From positions 318,990,001 to 319,054,000 of the forward strand of contig OZ024740.1 of assembly GCA_964016885.1 (NCBI GenBank): DNA of 64,000 nucleotides, written 5' to 3'. This document shows, piece after piece, positions 1 to 15,100 of this stretch (positions are counted from its first letter, which is position 1; every line of letters begins with the position of its first letter). The notes beneath the pieces were generated by a model. That model was given only the letters and a program-made list of their open reading frames with translations. It was not told where the DNA came from and did not search any database. Source of the DNA: Eledone cirrhosa (lineage: Eukaryota). Made by a program: the position numbers and the translations under genes.

Positions 1-1211
1 CTTACATTCTATGTGACATTCAAACGACTCTATCAATTCGAAGTCTTTCTACTACAATACTCACAACAAATAATCCAGGATTGTCTCGTCTATTTCCACA
101 ACTTACGTTCTATCTGACATTCTAACGACTCTACCAATTCGAATTCTTTCTATTACAATACTCACAACAAATAATCCAGGATTGTCTCGTCTATTTCCAC
201 AACTTACATTCTATCTGACATTCTAACGACTCTACGAATTCGCTGTCTTTCTACTACAATGCTCACAACAAATAATCCACGACTGTCTCGTCTATTTCCA
301 CAACTTACATTCTATCTGACATTCTAACGACTCTACCATTTCGAAATCTTTCTACTACAATACTCAAAACAAACAATCCAGGATTGTCTCGTCTATTTCT
401 ACAACTTACATTCTATGTGACATTCAAACGACTCTATCAATTCGAAGTCTTTCTACAACAATACTAACGTCAAATAATCCCGGATTGTCTCGTCCATTTC
501 CATAACTTACATTCTATCTGACATTCTAACGACTCTACCAATTCGAAATCTTTCTACTACAATACTCAAAACAAACAATCCAGGATTGTCTCGTCTATTT
601 CTACAACTTACATTCTATGTGACATTCAAACGACTCTATCAATTCGAAGTCTTTCTACAACAATACTAACGTCAAATAATCCCGGATTGTCTCGTCCATT
701 TCCACAACTTACATTCTATCTGACATTCTAACGACTCTACCAATTCGAAGTCTTTCTACTACAATACTAACTTCAAATAATCCAGGATTGTCTCGTCTAC
801 TTCTACAACTTACATTGTATCTGATATTCTAACGACTCTACCAATTCGAAGTCTTTCTACTACAATACTCACAACAAATAATCCAGGATTGTCTCGTCTA
901 TTTCCACAACTTACATTCTATCTGGCATTCTAATGACTCTACCAATTCGCTGTCTTTCTACTACCATACTCACAACAAATAATCCATATTGTCTCGTCTA
1001 TTTCCACAACTTACATTCTATCTGACATTCAAACGACTCTATCAATTCGAAGTCTTTCTACTACAATACTAACGTCAAATAATCCAGGATTGTCTCGTCT
1101 ATTTCCACAACTAACTTTTAATCTGACATTCTAACGACTCTACCAATTCGAAGTCTTTCTACTACAATACTCACAACAAATAATCCAGGATTGTATAGTC
1201 TATTTCTACAA

Positions 1212-4200
1212 CTTACATTCTATCTGACATTCTAACGACTCTACCAATTCGAAGTCTTTCTGCTACAATACTCACAACAAATAATCCAGGATTGTCCCGT
1301 CTATTTCCACACCTTACATTCTATCTGACATTCTAACGACTCTACCTATTCGCTGTATTTCTACTACAATACTCACGACAAATAATCCAGCATTGCCTCG
1401 TCTATTTCCACAACTCACATTCTATCTGACATTCTAACGACTCTATCAATTCGAAGTCTTTCTACTACAATACTAACGTCAAATAATCCAGGATCGTCTC
1501 GTCTATTTCCACAACTTACATTCTATCTGACATTCTAACGACTCTACCAATTCGAAGTCTTTCTACTACAATACTAACAACAAATAATCTAGGATTGTCT
1601 CATCTATCTCCACAATTTACATTCTATCTGACATTCTAACGACTCTACCAATTCGAAGTCTTTCTACTACAATACTCACAACAAATAATCCAGGATTGTA
1701 TCGTCTATTTCCACAACTTACATTCTATCTGACATTCTAACGACTCTACCAATTCGCTGTATTTCTACTACAATACTAACTTCAAATAATCCAGGATTGT
1801 ATCGGCTATTTCTACAACTTACATCCTATCTGACATTCTAACGACTCTACCAATTCGCTGTCTTTCTACTACAATACTAACAACAGATAATCTAGGATTG
1901 TCTCGTCTATTTCCACAACTTACATTCTATCTGATATTCGAACGACTCTACCAATTCGATGTGTTTCTACTACAATACTCACAACAAATAATCCAGGATT
2001 GTCTCGTCTATCTCCAGACCTTACATTCTATCTGACATTCTACCGACTCTACCAGTTCGCTGTATTTCTACTACAATACTAACTTCAAATAATCCAGGAT
2101 TGTCTCGTCTATTTCCACAACTTACATTCTATCTGACATTCAAACGACTCTACCAATTCGAAGTCTTTCTACTACAATACTAACGTCAAATAATCCAGGA
2201 TTGTCTCCTCTATTTCCACAACTTACCTTCCATCTGACATTCTAACGACTCTACCAATTCGCTGTATTTCTACTACAATACTAACTTCAAATAATCCAGG
2301 ATTGTCTCGTCTATTTCCACAACTTACATTCTATCTGATATTCTAACGACTCTACCAATTCGAAGTCTTTCTACTACAATATTCACAACAAATAATCCTG
2401 GATTGTCTCGTCTATTTCAACAACTTACATTCTATCTCACATTCTAACGTATCTACCAATTCGCTGAATTTCTACTACAATACTCTCAACAAATAAACCA
2501 GGATTGTCTCGTCTATTTCCACAACTTACATTCTATCTGACATACTAACGGCCCTACCAATTGGAACTCTTTCTACTACAATACTAACTTTAAACAATCC
2601 AGGAGTGTCTCGTCTATTTCCACAACTTACTTTTAATCTGACATTCTAACGACTCTAACAATTCGAAGTCATTCTACTACAATACTCACAACAAATAATC
2701 CAGGATTGTATAGTCTATTTCTACAACTTACATTCTATCTGACATTCTAACGACTCTACCAATTCGAAATCTTTCTACTACAATACTCAAAACAAACAAT
2801 CCAGGATTGTCTCGTCTATTTCTACAACTTACATTCTATGTGACATTCAAACGACTCTATCAATTCGAAGTCTTTCTACAACAATACTAACGTCAAATAA
2901 TCCCGGATTGTCTCGTCCATTTCCACAACTTACATTCTATCTGACATTCTAACGACTCTACCAATTCGAAGTCTTTCTACTACAATACTAACTTCAAATA
3001 ATCCAGGATTGTCTCGTCTACTTCTACAACTTACATTGTATCTGATATTCTAACGACTCTACCAATTCGAAGTCTTTCTACTACAATACTCACAACAAAT
3101 AATCCAGGATTGTCTCGTCTATTTCCACAACTTACATTCTATCTGGCATTTTAATGACTCTACCAATTCGCTGTCTTTCTACTACCATACTCACAACAAA
3201 TAATCCATATTGTCTCGTCTATTTCCACAACTTACATTCTATCTGACATTCAAACGACTCTATCAATTCGAAGTCTTTCTACTACAATACTAACGTCAAA
3301 TAATCCGGGATTGTCTCGTCTATTTCCACAACTTACTTTTAATCTGACATTCTAACGACTCTACCAATTCGAAGTCTTTCTACTACAATACTAACGTCAA
3401 ATAATCCAGGATCGTCTCGTCTATTTCCACAACTTACATTCTATCTGACATTCTAACGACTCTACCAATTCGAAGTCTTTCTACTAAAATACTAACAACA
3501 AATAATCTAGGATTGTCTCATCTATCTCCACAACTTACATTTTCTCTGACGTTCTAACGACTCTACCAATTTGAAGTCTTTCTACTACAACGCTCACAAC
3601 AAATAATCCACGACTGTCTCGTCTATTTCCACAACTTACATTCTATCTGACATTCTAACGACTCTACCAATTCGAAATCTTTCTACTACAATACTCACAA
3701 CAAACAATCCAGGATTGTCTCGTCTATTTCTACAACTTACATTCTATCTGACATTCTAACGACTCTACCAATTCGAAGTCTTTCTGCTACAATACTCACA
3801 ACAAATAATCCAGGATTGTCTCGTCTATTTCCACACCTTACATTCTATCTGACATTCTAACGACTCTACCTATTCGCTGTATTTCTACTAGAATACTCAC
3901 AACAAATAATCCAGCATTGTCTCGTCTATTTCCACAACTCACATTCTATCTGACATTCTAACGACTCTATCAATTCGAAGTCTTTCTACTACAATACTAA
4001 CGTCAAATAATCCAGGATCGTCTCGTCTATTTCCACAACTTACATTCTATCTGACATTCTAACGACTCTACCAATTCGAAGTCTTTCTACTACAATACTA
4101 ACAACAAATAATCTAGGATTGTCTCATCTATCTCCACAATTTACATTTTCTCTGACGTTCTAACGACTCTACCAATTTGAAGTCTTTCTACTACAACGCT

Positions 4201-7200
4201 CACAACAAATAATCCACGACTGTCTCGTCTATTTCCACAACTTACATTCTATCTGACATTCTAACGACTCTACCAATTCGAAATCTTTCTACTACAATAC
4301 TCACAACAAACAATCCACGATTGTCTCGTCTATTTCTACAACTTACATTCTGTGTGACATTCAAACCACTCTATCAATTCGAAGTCTTTCTACTACAATA
4401 TTAACGTCAAATAATCCAGGATTGTCTCGTCTATTTCCACAACTTACGTTCTATCTGACATTCTAACGACTCTACCAATTCGAATTCTTTCTATTACAAT
4501 ACTCACAACAAATAATCCAGGATTGTCTCGTCTATTTCCACAACTTCCATTCTATCTGACATTCTAACGACTCTACGAATTCGCTGTCTTTCTACTACAA
4601 TGCTCACAACAAATAATCCACGACTGTCTCGTCTATTTCCACAACTTACATTCTATCTGACATTCTAACGACTCTACCAATTCGAAGACTTTCTACTACA
4701 ATACTCACAACAAATAATCCAGGATTGTATAGTCTATTTCTACAACTTACATTCTATCTGACATTCTAACGACTCTACCAATTCGAAGTCTTTCTGCTAC
4801 AATACTCACAACAAATAATCCAGGATTGTCTCGTCTATTTCCACACCTTACATTCTATCTGACATTCTAACGACTCTACCTATTCGCTGTATTTCTACTA
4901 CAATACTCACAACAAATAATCCAGCATTGCCTCGTCTATTTCCACAACTCACATTTTATCTGACATTCTAACGACTCTATCAATTCGAAGTCTTTCTACT
5001 ACAATACTAACGTCAAATAATCCAGGATCGTCTCGTCTATTTCCACAACTTACATTCTATCTGACATTCTAACGACTCTACCAATTCGAAGTCTTTCTAC
5101 TACAATACTAACAACAAATAATCTAGGATTGTCTCATCTATCTCCACAACTTACATTCTATCTGACATTCTAACGACTCTACCAATTCGAAGTCTTTCTA
5201 CTACAATACTCACAACAAATAATCCAGGATTGTATCGTCTATTTCCACAACTTACATTCTATCTGACATTCTAACGACTCTACCAATTCGCTGTATTTCT
5301 ACTACAATACTAACTTCGAATAATCCAGGATTGTCTCGGCTATTTCTACAACTTACATTCTATCTGACATTCAAACGACTCTACCAATTCGAAGTCTTTC
5401 TACTACAATACTAACGTCAAATAATCCAGGATTGTCTCCTCTATTTCCACAACTTACCTTCCATCTGACATTCTAACGACTCTACCAATTCGCTGTATTT
5501 CTACTACAATACTAACTTCAAATAATCCAGGATTGTCTCGTCTATTTCCACAACTTACATTATATCTGATATTCTAACGACTCTACCAATTCGAAGTCTT
5601 TCTACTACAATATTCACAACAAATAATCCTGGATTGTCTCGTCTATTTCAACAACTTACATTCTATCTCACATTCTAACGTATCTACCAATTCGCTGAAT
5701 TTCTACTACAATACTCTCAACAAATAAACCAGGATTGTCTCGTCTATTTCCACAACTTACATTCTATCTGACATACTAACGGCTCTACCAATTGGAACTC
5801 TTTCTACTACAATACTAACTTTAAACAATCCAGGATTGTCTCGTCTATTTCCACAACTTACATTCTATCTGACATTCTAACGACTCTACCAATTCGAAGT
5901 CTTTCTACTACAATACTAACAACAAATAATCTAGGATCGTCTCATCTATCTCCACAACTTACTTTTAATCTGACATTCTAACGACTCTACCAATTCGAAG
6001 TCTTTCTACTACAACGCTCACAACAAATAATCCACGACTGTCTCGTCTATTTCCACAACTTACATTCTAGCTGACATTCTAACGACTCTACCAATTCGAA
6101 ATCTTTCTACTACAATACTCACAACAAACAATCCAGGATTGTCTCGTCTATTTCCACAACTTACATTCTATGTGACATTCAAACGACTCTATCAATTCGA
6201 AGTCTTTCTACTACAATATTAACGTCAAATAATCCAGGATTGTCTCGTCTATTTCCACAACTTACGTTCTATCTGACATTCTAACGACTCTACCAATTCG
6301 AATTCTTTCTATTACAATACTCACAACAAATAATCCAGGATTGTCTCGTCTATTTCCACAACTTACATTCTATCTGACATTCTAACGACTCTACGAATTC
6401 GCTGTCTTTCTACTACAATGCTCACAACAAATAATCCACGACTGTCTCGTCTATTTCCACAACTTACATTCTATCTGACATTCTAACGACTCTACCATTT
6501 CGAAATCTTTCTACTACAATACTCAAAACAAACAATCCAGGATTGTCTCGTCTATTTCTACAACTTACATTCTATGTGACATTCAAACGACTCTATCAAT
6601 TCGAAGTCTTTCTACTACAATATTAACGTCAAATAATCCAGGATTGTCTCGTCTATTTCCACAACTTACGTTCTATCTGACATTCTAACGACTCTACCAA
6701 TTCGAATTCTTTCTATTACAATACTCACAACAAATAATCCAGGATTGTCTCGTCTATTTCCACAACTTACATTCTATCTGACATTCTAACGACTCTACCA
6801 ATTCGAAGTCTTTCTGCTACAATACTCACAACAAATAATCCAGGATTGTCCCGTCTATTTCCACACCTTACATTCTATCTGACATTCTAACGACTCTACC
6901 TATTCGCTGTATTTCTACTACAATACTCACAACAAATAATCCAGCATTGCCTCGTCTATTTCCACAACTCACATTCTATCTGACATTCTAACGACTCTAT
7001 CAATTCGAAGTCTTTCTACTACAATACTAACGTCAAATAATCCAGGATCGTCTCGTCTATTTCCACAACTTACATTCTATCTGACATTCTAACGACTCTA
7101 CCAATTCGAAGTCTTTCTACTACAATACTAACAACAAATAATCTAGGATTGTCTCATCTATCTCCACAATTTACATTCTATCTGACATTCTAACGACTCT

Positions 7201-10200
7201 ACCAATTCGAAGTCTTTCTACTACAATACTCACAACAAATAATCCAGGATTGTATCGTCTATTTCCACAACTTACATTCTATCTGACATTCTAACGACTC
7301 TACCAATTCGCTGTATTTCTACTACAATACTAACTTCAAATAATCCAGGATTGTATCGGCTATTTCTACAACTTACATCCTATCTGACATTCTAACGACT
7401 CTACCAATTCGCTGTCTTTCTACTACAATACTAACAACAGATAATCTAGGATTGTCTCGTCTATTTCCACAACTTACATTCTATCTGATATTCGAACGAC
7501 TCTACCAATTCGATGTGTTTCTACTACAATACTCACAACAAATAATCCAGGATTGTCTCGTCTATCTCCAGACCTTACATTCTATCTGACATTCTACCGA
7601 CTCTACCAGTTCGCTGTATTTCTACTACAATACTAACTTCAAATAATCCAGGATTGTCTCGTCTATTTCCACAACTTACATTCTATCTGACATTCAAACG
7701 ACTCTACCAATTCGAAGTCTTTCTACTACAATACTAACGTCAAATAATCCAGGATTGTCTCCTCTATTTCCACAACTTACCTTCCATCTGACATTCTAAC
7801 GACTCTACCAATTCGCTGTATTTCTACTACAATACTAACTTCAAATAATCCAGGATTGTCTCGTCTATTTCCACAACTTACATTCTATCTGATATTCTAA
7901 CGACTCTACCAATTCGAAGTCTTTCTACTACAATATTCACAACAAATAATCCTGGATTGTCTCGTCTATTTCAACAACTTACATTCTATCTCACATTCTA
8001 ACGTATCTACCAATTCGCTGAATTTCTACTACAATACTCTCAACAAATAAACCAGGATTGTCTCGTCTATTTCCACAACTTACATTCTATCTGACATACT
8101 AACGGCCCTACCAATTGGAACTCTTTCTACTACAATACTAACTTTAAACAATCCAGGAGTGTCTCGTCTATTTCCACAACTTACTTTTAATCTGACATTC
8201 TAACGACTCTAACAATTCGAAGTCATTCTACTACAATACTCACAACAAATAATCCAGGATTGTATAGTCTATTTCTACAACTTACATTCTATCTGACATT
8301 CTAACGACTCTACCAATTCGAAATCTTTCTACTACAATACTCAAAACAAACAATCCAGGATTGTCTCGTCTATTTCTACAACTTACATTCTATGTGACAT
8401 TCAAACGACTCTATCAATTCGAAGTCTTTCTACAACAATACTAACGTCAAATAATCCCGGATTGTCTCGTCCATTTCCACAACTTACATTCTATCTGACA
8501 TTCTAACGACTCTACCAATTCGAAGTCTTTCTACTACAATACTAACTTCAAATAATCCAGGATTGTCTCGTCTACTTCTACAACTTACATTGTATCTGAT
8601 ATTCTAACGACTCTACCAATTCGAAGTCTTTCTACTACAATACTCACAACAAATAATCCAGGATTGTCTCGTCTATTTCCACAACTTACATTCTATCTGG
8701 CATTTTAATGACTCTACCAATTCGCTGTCTTTCTACTACCATACTCACAACAAATAATCCATATTGTCTCGTCTATTTCCACAACTTACATTCTATCTGA
8801 CATTCAAACGACTCTATCAATTCGAAGTCTTTCTACTACAATACTAACGTCAAATAATCCGGGATTGTCTCGTCTATTTCCACAACTTACTTTTAATCTG
8901 ACATTCTAACGACTCTACCAATTCGAAGTCTTTCTACTACAATACTAACGTCAAATAATCCAGGATCGTCTCGTCTATTTCCACAACTTACATTCTATCT
9001 GACATTCTAACGACTCTACCAATTCGAAGTCTTTCTACTAAAATACTAACAACAAATAATCTAGGATTGTCTCATCTATCTCCACAACTTACATTTTCTC
9101 TGACGTTCTAACGACTCTACCAATTTGAAGTCTTTCTACTACAACGCTCACAACAAATAATCCACGACTGTCTCGTCTATTTCCACAACTTACATTCTAT
9201 CTGACATTCTAACGACTCTACCAATTCGAAATCTTTCTACTACAATACTCACAACAAACAATCCAGGATTGTCTCGTCTATTTCTACAACTTACATTCTA
9301 TCTGACATTCTAACGACTCTACCAATTCGAAGTCTTTCTGCTACAATACTCACAACAAATAATCCAGGATTGTCTCGTCTATTTCCACACCTTACATTCT
9401 ATCTGACATTCTAACGACTCTACCTATTCGCTGTATTTCTACTAGAATACTCACAACAAATAATCCAGCATTGTCTCGTCTATTTCCACAACTCACATTC
9501 TATCTGACATTCTAACGACTCTATCAATTCGAAGTCTTTCTACTACAATACTAACGTCAAATAATCCAGGATCGTCTCGTCTATTTCCACAACTTACATT
9601 CTATCTGACATTCTAACGACTCTACCAATTCGAAGTCTTTCTACTACAATACTAACAACAAATAATCTAGGATTGTCTCATCTATCTCCACAACTTACAT
9701 TTTCTCTGACGTTCTAACGACTCTACCAATTTGAAGTCTTTCTACTACAACGCTCACAACAAATAATCCACGACTGTCTCGTCTATTTCCACAACTTACA
9801 TTCTATCTGACATTCTAACGACTCTACCAATTCGAAATCTTTCTACTACAATACTCACAACAAACAATCCACGATTGTCTCGTCTATTTCTACAACTTAC
9901 ATTCTATGTGACATTCAAACCACTCTATCAATTCGAAGTCTTTCTACTACAATATTAACGTCAAATAATCCAGGATTGTCTCGTCTATTTCCACAACTTA
10001 CGTTCTATCTGACATTCTAACGACTCTACCAATTCGAATTCTTTCTATTACAATACTCACAACAAATAATCCAGGATTGTCTCGTCTATTTCCACAACTT
10101 CCATTCTATCTGACATTCTAACGACTCTACGAATTCGCTGTCTTTCTACTACAATGCTCACAACAAATAATCCACGACTGTCTCGTCTATTTCCACAACT

Positions 10201-12169
10201 TACATTCTATCTGACATTCTAACGACTCTACCAATTCGAAGACTTTCTACTACAATACTCACAACAAATAATCCAGGATTGTATAGTCTATTTCTACAAC
10301 TTACATTCTATCTGACATTCTAACGACTCTACCAATTCGAAGTCTTTCTGCTACAATACTCACAACAAATAATCCAGGATTGTCTCGTCTATTTCCACAC
10401 CTTACATTCTATCTGACATTCTAACGACTCTACCTATTCGCTGTATTTCTACTACAATACTCACAACAAATAATCCAGCATTGCCTCGTCTATTTCCACA
10501 ACTCACATTTTATCTGACATTCTAACGACTCTATCAATTCGAAGTCTTTCTACTACAATACTAACGTCAAATAATCCAGGATCGTCTCGTCTATTTCCAC
10601 AACTTACATTCTATCTGACATTCTAACGACTCTACCAATTCGAAGTCTTTCTACTACAATACTAACAACAAATAATCTAGGATTGTCTCATCTATCTCCA
10701 CAACTTACATTCTATCTGACATTCTAACGACTCTACCAATTCGAAGTCTTTCTACTACAATACTCACAACAAATAATCCAGGATTGTATCGTCTATTTCC
10801 ACAACTTACATTCTATCTGACATTCTAACGACTCTACCAATTCGCTGTATTTCTACTACAATACTAACTTCGAATAATCCAGGATTGTCTCGGCTATTTC
10901 TACAACTTACATTCTATCTGACATTCAAACGACTCTACCAATTCGAAGTCTTTCTACTACAATACTAACGTCAAATAATCCAGGATTGTCTCCTCTATTT
11001 CCACAACTTACCTTCCATCTGACATTCTAACGACTCTACCAATTCGCTGTATTTCTACTACAATACTAACTTCAAATAATCCAGGATTGTCTCGTCTATT
11101 TCCACAACTTACATTCTATCTGATATTCTAACGACTCTACCAATTCGAAGTCTTTCTACTACAATATTCACAACAAATAATCCTGGATTGTCTCGTCTAT
11201 TTCAACAACTTACATTCTATCTCACATTCTAACGTATCTACCAATTCGCTGAATTTCTACTACAATACTCTCAACAAATAAACCAGGATTGTCTCGTCTA
11301 TTTCCACAACTTACATTCTATCTGACATACTAACGGCTCTACCAATTGGAACTCTTTCTACTACAATACTAACTTTAAACAATCCAGGATTGTCTCGTCT
11401 ATTTCCACAACTTACATTCTATCTGACATTCTAACGACTCTACCAATTCGAAGTCTTTCTACTACAATACTAACAACAAATAATCTAGGATCGTCTCATC
11501 TATCTCCACAACTTACTTTTAATCTGACATTCTAACGACTCTACCAATTCGAAGTCTTTCTACTACAACGCTCACAACAAATAATCCACGACTGTCTCGT
11601 CTATTTCCACAACTTACATTCTAGCTGACATTCTAACGACTCTACCAATTCGAAATCTTTCTACTACAATACTCACAACAAACAATCCAGGATTGTCTCG
11701 TCTATTTCCACAACTTACATTCTATGTGACATTCAAACGACTCTATCAATTCGAAGTCTTTCTACTACAATATTAACGTCAAATAATCCAGGATTGTCTC
11801 GTCTATTTCCACAACTTACGTTCTATCTGACATTCTAACGACTCTACCAATTCGAATTCTTTCTATTACAATACTCACAACAAATAATCCAGGATTGTCT
11901 CGTCTATTTCCACAACTTACATTCTATCTGACATTCTAACGACTCTACGAATTCGCTGTCTTTCTACTACAATGCTCACAACAAATAATCCACGACTGTC
12001 TCGTCTATTTCCACAACTTACATTCTATCTGACATTCTAACGACTCTACCATTTCGAAATCTTTCTACTACAATACTCAAAACAAACAATCCAGGATTGT
12101 CTCGTCTATTTCTACAACTTACATTCTATGTGACATTCAAACGACTCTATCAATTCGAAGTCTTTCTAC
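1212..12169 (+). repeat. Near-tandem duplication with a 5554-bp offset (55 monomers -1): ~1212-6615 and ~6766-12169
   Basis: Rare markers recur at exactly +5554: ATTGTCCC 1291/6845, GGCCC 2550/8104, AATCCATATT 3202/8756, ATTTCGAAAT 6497/12051. Confidence 0.92.
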
Positions 12170-15100
12170 AACAATACTAACGTCAAATAATCCCGGATTG
12201 TCTCGTCCATTTCCACAACTTACATTCTATCTGACATTCTAACGACTCTACCAATTCGAAGTCTTTCTACTACAATACTAACGTCAAATAATCCAGGATT
12301 GTCTCGTCTATTTCCACAACTTACTTTTAATCTGACATTCTAACGACTCTAACAATTCGAAGTCTTTCTACTACAATACTCACAACAAATAATCCAGGAT
12401 TGTATAGTCTATTTCTACAACTTACATTCTATCTGATTTTCTAACGACTCTACCAATTCGAAATCTTTCTACTACAATACTCAAAACAAACAATCCAGGA
12501 TTGTCTCGTCTATTTCTACAACTTACATTCTATGTGACATTCAAACGACTCTATCAATTCGAAGTCTTTCTACAACAATACTAACGTCAAATAATCCCGG
12601 ATTGTCTCGTCCATTTCCACAACTTACATTCTATCTGACATTCTAACGACTCTACCAATTCGAAGTCTTTCTACTACAATACTAACTTCAAATAATCCAG
12701 GATTGTCTCGTCTATTTCCACAACTTACATTCTATCTGACATTCAAACGACTCTACCAATTAGAAGTCTTTCTGCTACAATACTCACAACAAATAATCCA
12801 GGATTGTCTCGTCTATTTCCACACCTTACATTCTATCTGACATTCTAACGACTCTACCTATTCGCTGTATTTCTACTACAATACTCACAACAAATAATCC
12901 AGCATTGCCTCGTCTATTTCCACAACTCACATTCTATCTGACATTCTAACGACTCTATCAATTCGAAGTCTTTCTACTACAATACTAACGTCAAATAATC
13001 CAGTATCGTCTCGTCTATTTCCACAACTTACATTCTATCTGACATTCTAACGACTCTACCAATTCGATGTCTTTCTACTACAATACTAACAACAAATAAT
13101 CTAGGATTGTCTCATCTATCTCCACAACTTACATTTTCTCTGACGTTCTAACGACTCTACCAATTTGAAGTCTTTCTACTACAACGCTCACAACAAATAA
13201 TCCACGACTGTCTCGTCTATTTCCACAACTTACATTCTATCTGACATTCTAACGACTCTACCAATTCGAAATCTTTCTACTACAATACTCACAACAAACA
13301 ATCCACGATTGTCTCGTCTATTTCTACAACTTACATTCTATGTGACATTCAAACGACTCTATCAATTCGAAGTCTTTCTACTACAATATTAACGTCAAAT
13401 AATCCAGGATTGTCTCGTCTATTTCCACAACTTACGTTCTATCTGACATTCTAACGACTCTACCAATTCGAATTCTTTCTATTACAATACTCACAACAAA
13501 TAATCCAGGATTGTCTCGTCTATTTCCACAACTTCCATTCTATCTGACATTCTAACGACTCTACGAATTCGCTGTCTTTCTACTACAATGCTCACAACAA
13601 ATAATCCACGACTGTCTCGTCTATTTCCACAACTTACATTCTATCTGACATTCTAACGACTCTACCAATTCGAAGTCTTTCTACTACAATACTCACAACA
13701 CATAATCCAGGATTGTATAGTCTATTTCTACAACTTACATTCTATCTGACATTCTAACGACTCTACCAATTCGAAGTCTTTCTGCTACAATACTCACAAC
13801 AAATAATCCAGGATTGTCTCGTCTATTTCCACACCTTACATTCTATCTGACATTCTAACGACTCTACCTATTCGCTGTATTTCTACTACAATACTCACAA
13901 CAAATAATCCAGCATTGCCTCGTCTGTTTCCACAACTCACATTTTATCTGACATTCTAACGACTCTATCAATTCGAAGTCTTTCTACTACAATACTAACG
14001 TCAAATAATCCAGGATCGTCTCGTCTATTTCCACAACTTACATTCTATCTGACATTCTAACGACTCTACCAATTCGAAGTCTTTCTACTACAATACTAAC
14101 AACAAATAATCTAGGATTGTCTCATCTATCTCCACAACTTACATTCTATCTGACATTCTAACGACTCTACCAATTCGAAGTCTTTCTACTACAATACTCA
14201 CAACAAATAATCCAGGATTGTATCGTCTATTTCCACAACTTACATTCTATCTGACATTCTAACGACTCTACCAATTCGCTGTATTTCTACTACAATACTA
14301 ACTTCGAATAATCCAGGATTGTCTCGGCTATTTCTACAACTTACATTCTATCTGACATTCAAACGACTCTACCAATTCGAAGTCTTTCTACTACAATACT
14401 AACGTCAAATAATCCAGGATTGTCTCCTCTATTTCCACAACTTACCTTCCATCTGACATTCTAACGACTCTACCAATTCGCTGTATTTCTACTACAATAC
14501 TAACTTCAAATAATCCAGGATTGTCTCGTCTATTTCCACAACTTACATTCTATCTGATATTCTAACGACTCTACCAATTCGAAGTCTTTCTACTACAATA
14601 TTCACAACAAATAATCCTGGATTGTCTCGTCTATTTCAACAACTTACATTCTATCTCACATTCTAACGTATCTACCAATTCGCTGAATTTCTACTACAAT
14701 ACTCTCAACAAATAAACCAGGATTGTCTCGTCTATTTCCACAACTTACATTCTATCTGACATACTAACGGCTCTACCAATTGGAACTCTTTCTACTACAA
14801 TACTAACTTTAAACAATCCAGGATTGTCTCGTCTATTTCCACAACTTACATTCTATCTGACATTCTAACGACTCTACCAATTCGAAGTCTTTCTACTACA
14901 ATACTAACAACAAATAATCTAGGATCGTCTCATCTATCTCCACAACTTACTTTTAATCTGACATTCTAACGACTCTACCAATTCGAAGTCTCTCTACTAC
15001 AACGCTCACAACAAATAATCCACGACTGTCTCGTCTATTTCCACAACTTACATTCTAGCTGACATTCTAACGACTCTACCAATTCGAAATATTTCTACTA

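Noticed and set aside
1751-1770. CENP-B-box-like TTCGNNNNA in GCTGTA monomers
   Set aside because: The required downstream CGGG is missing (TTCGCTGTATTTCTAC), so the match is partial and expected by chance.
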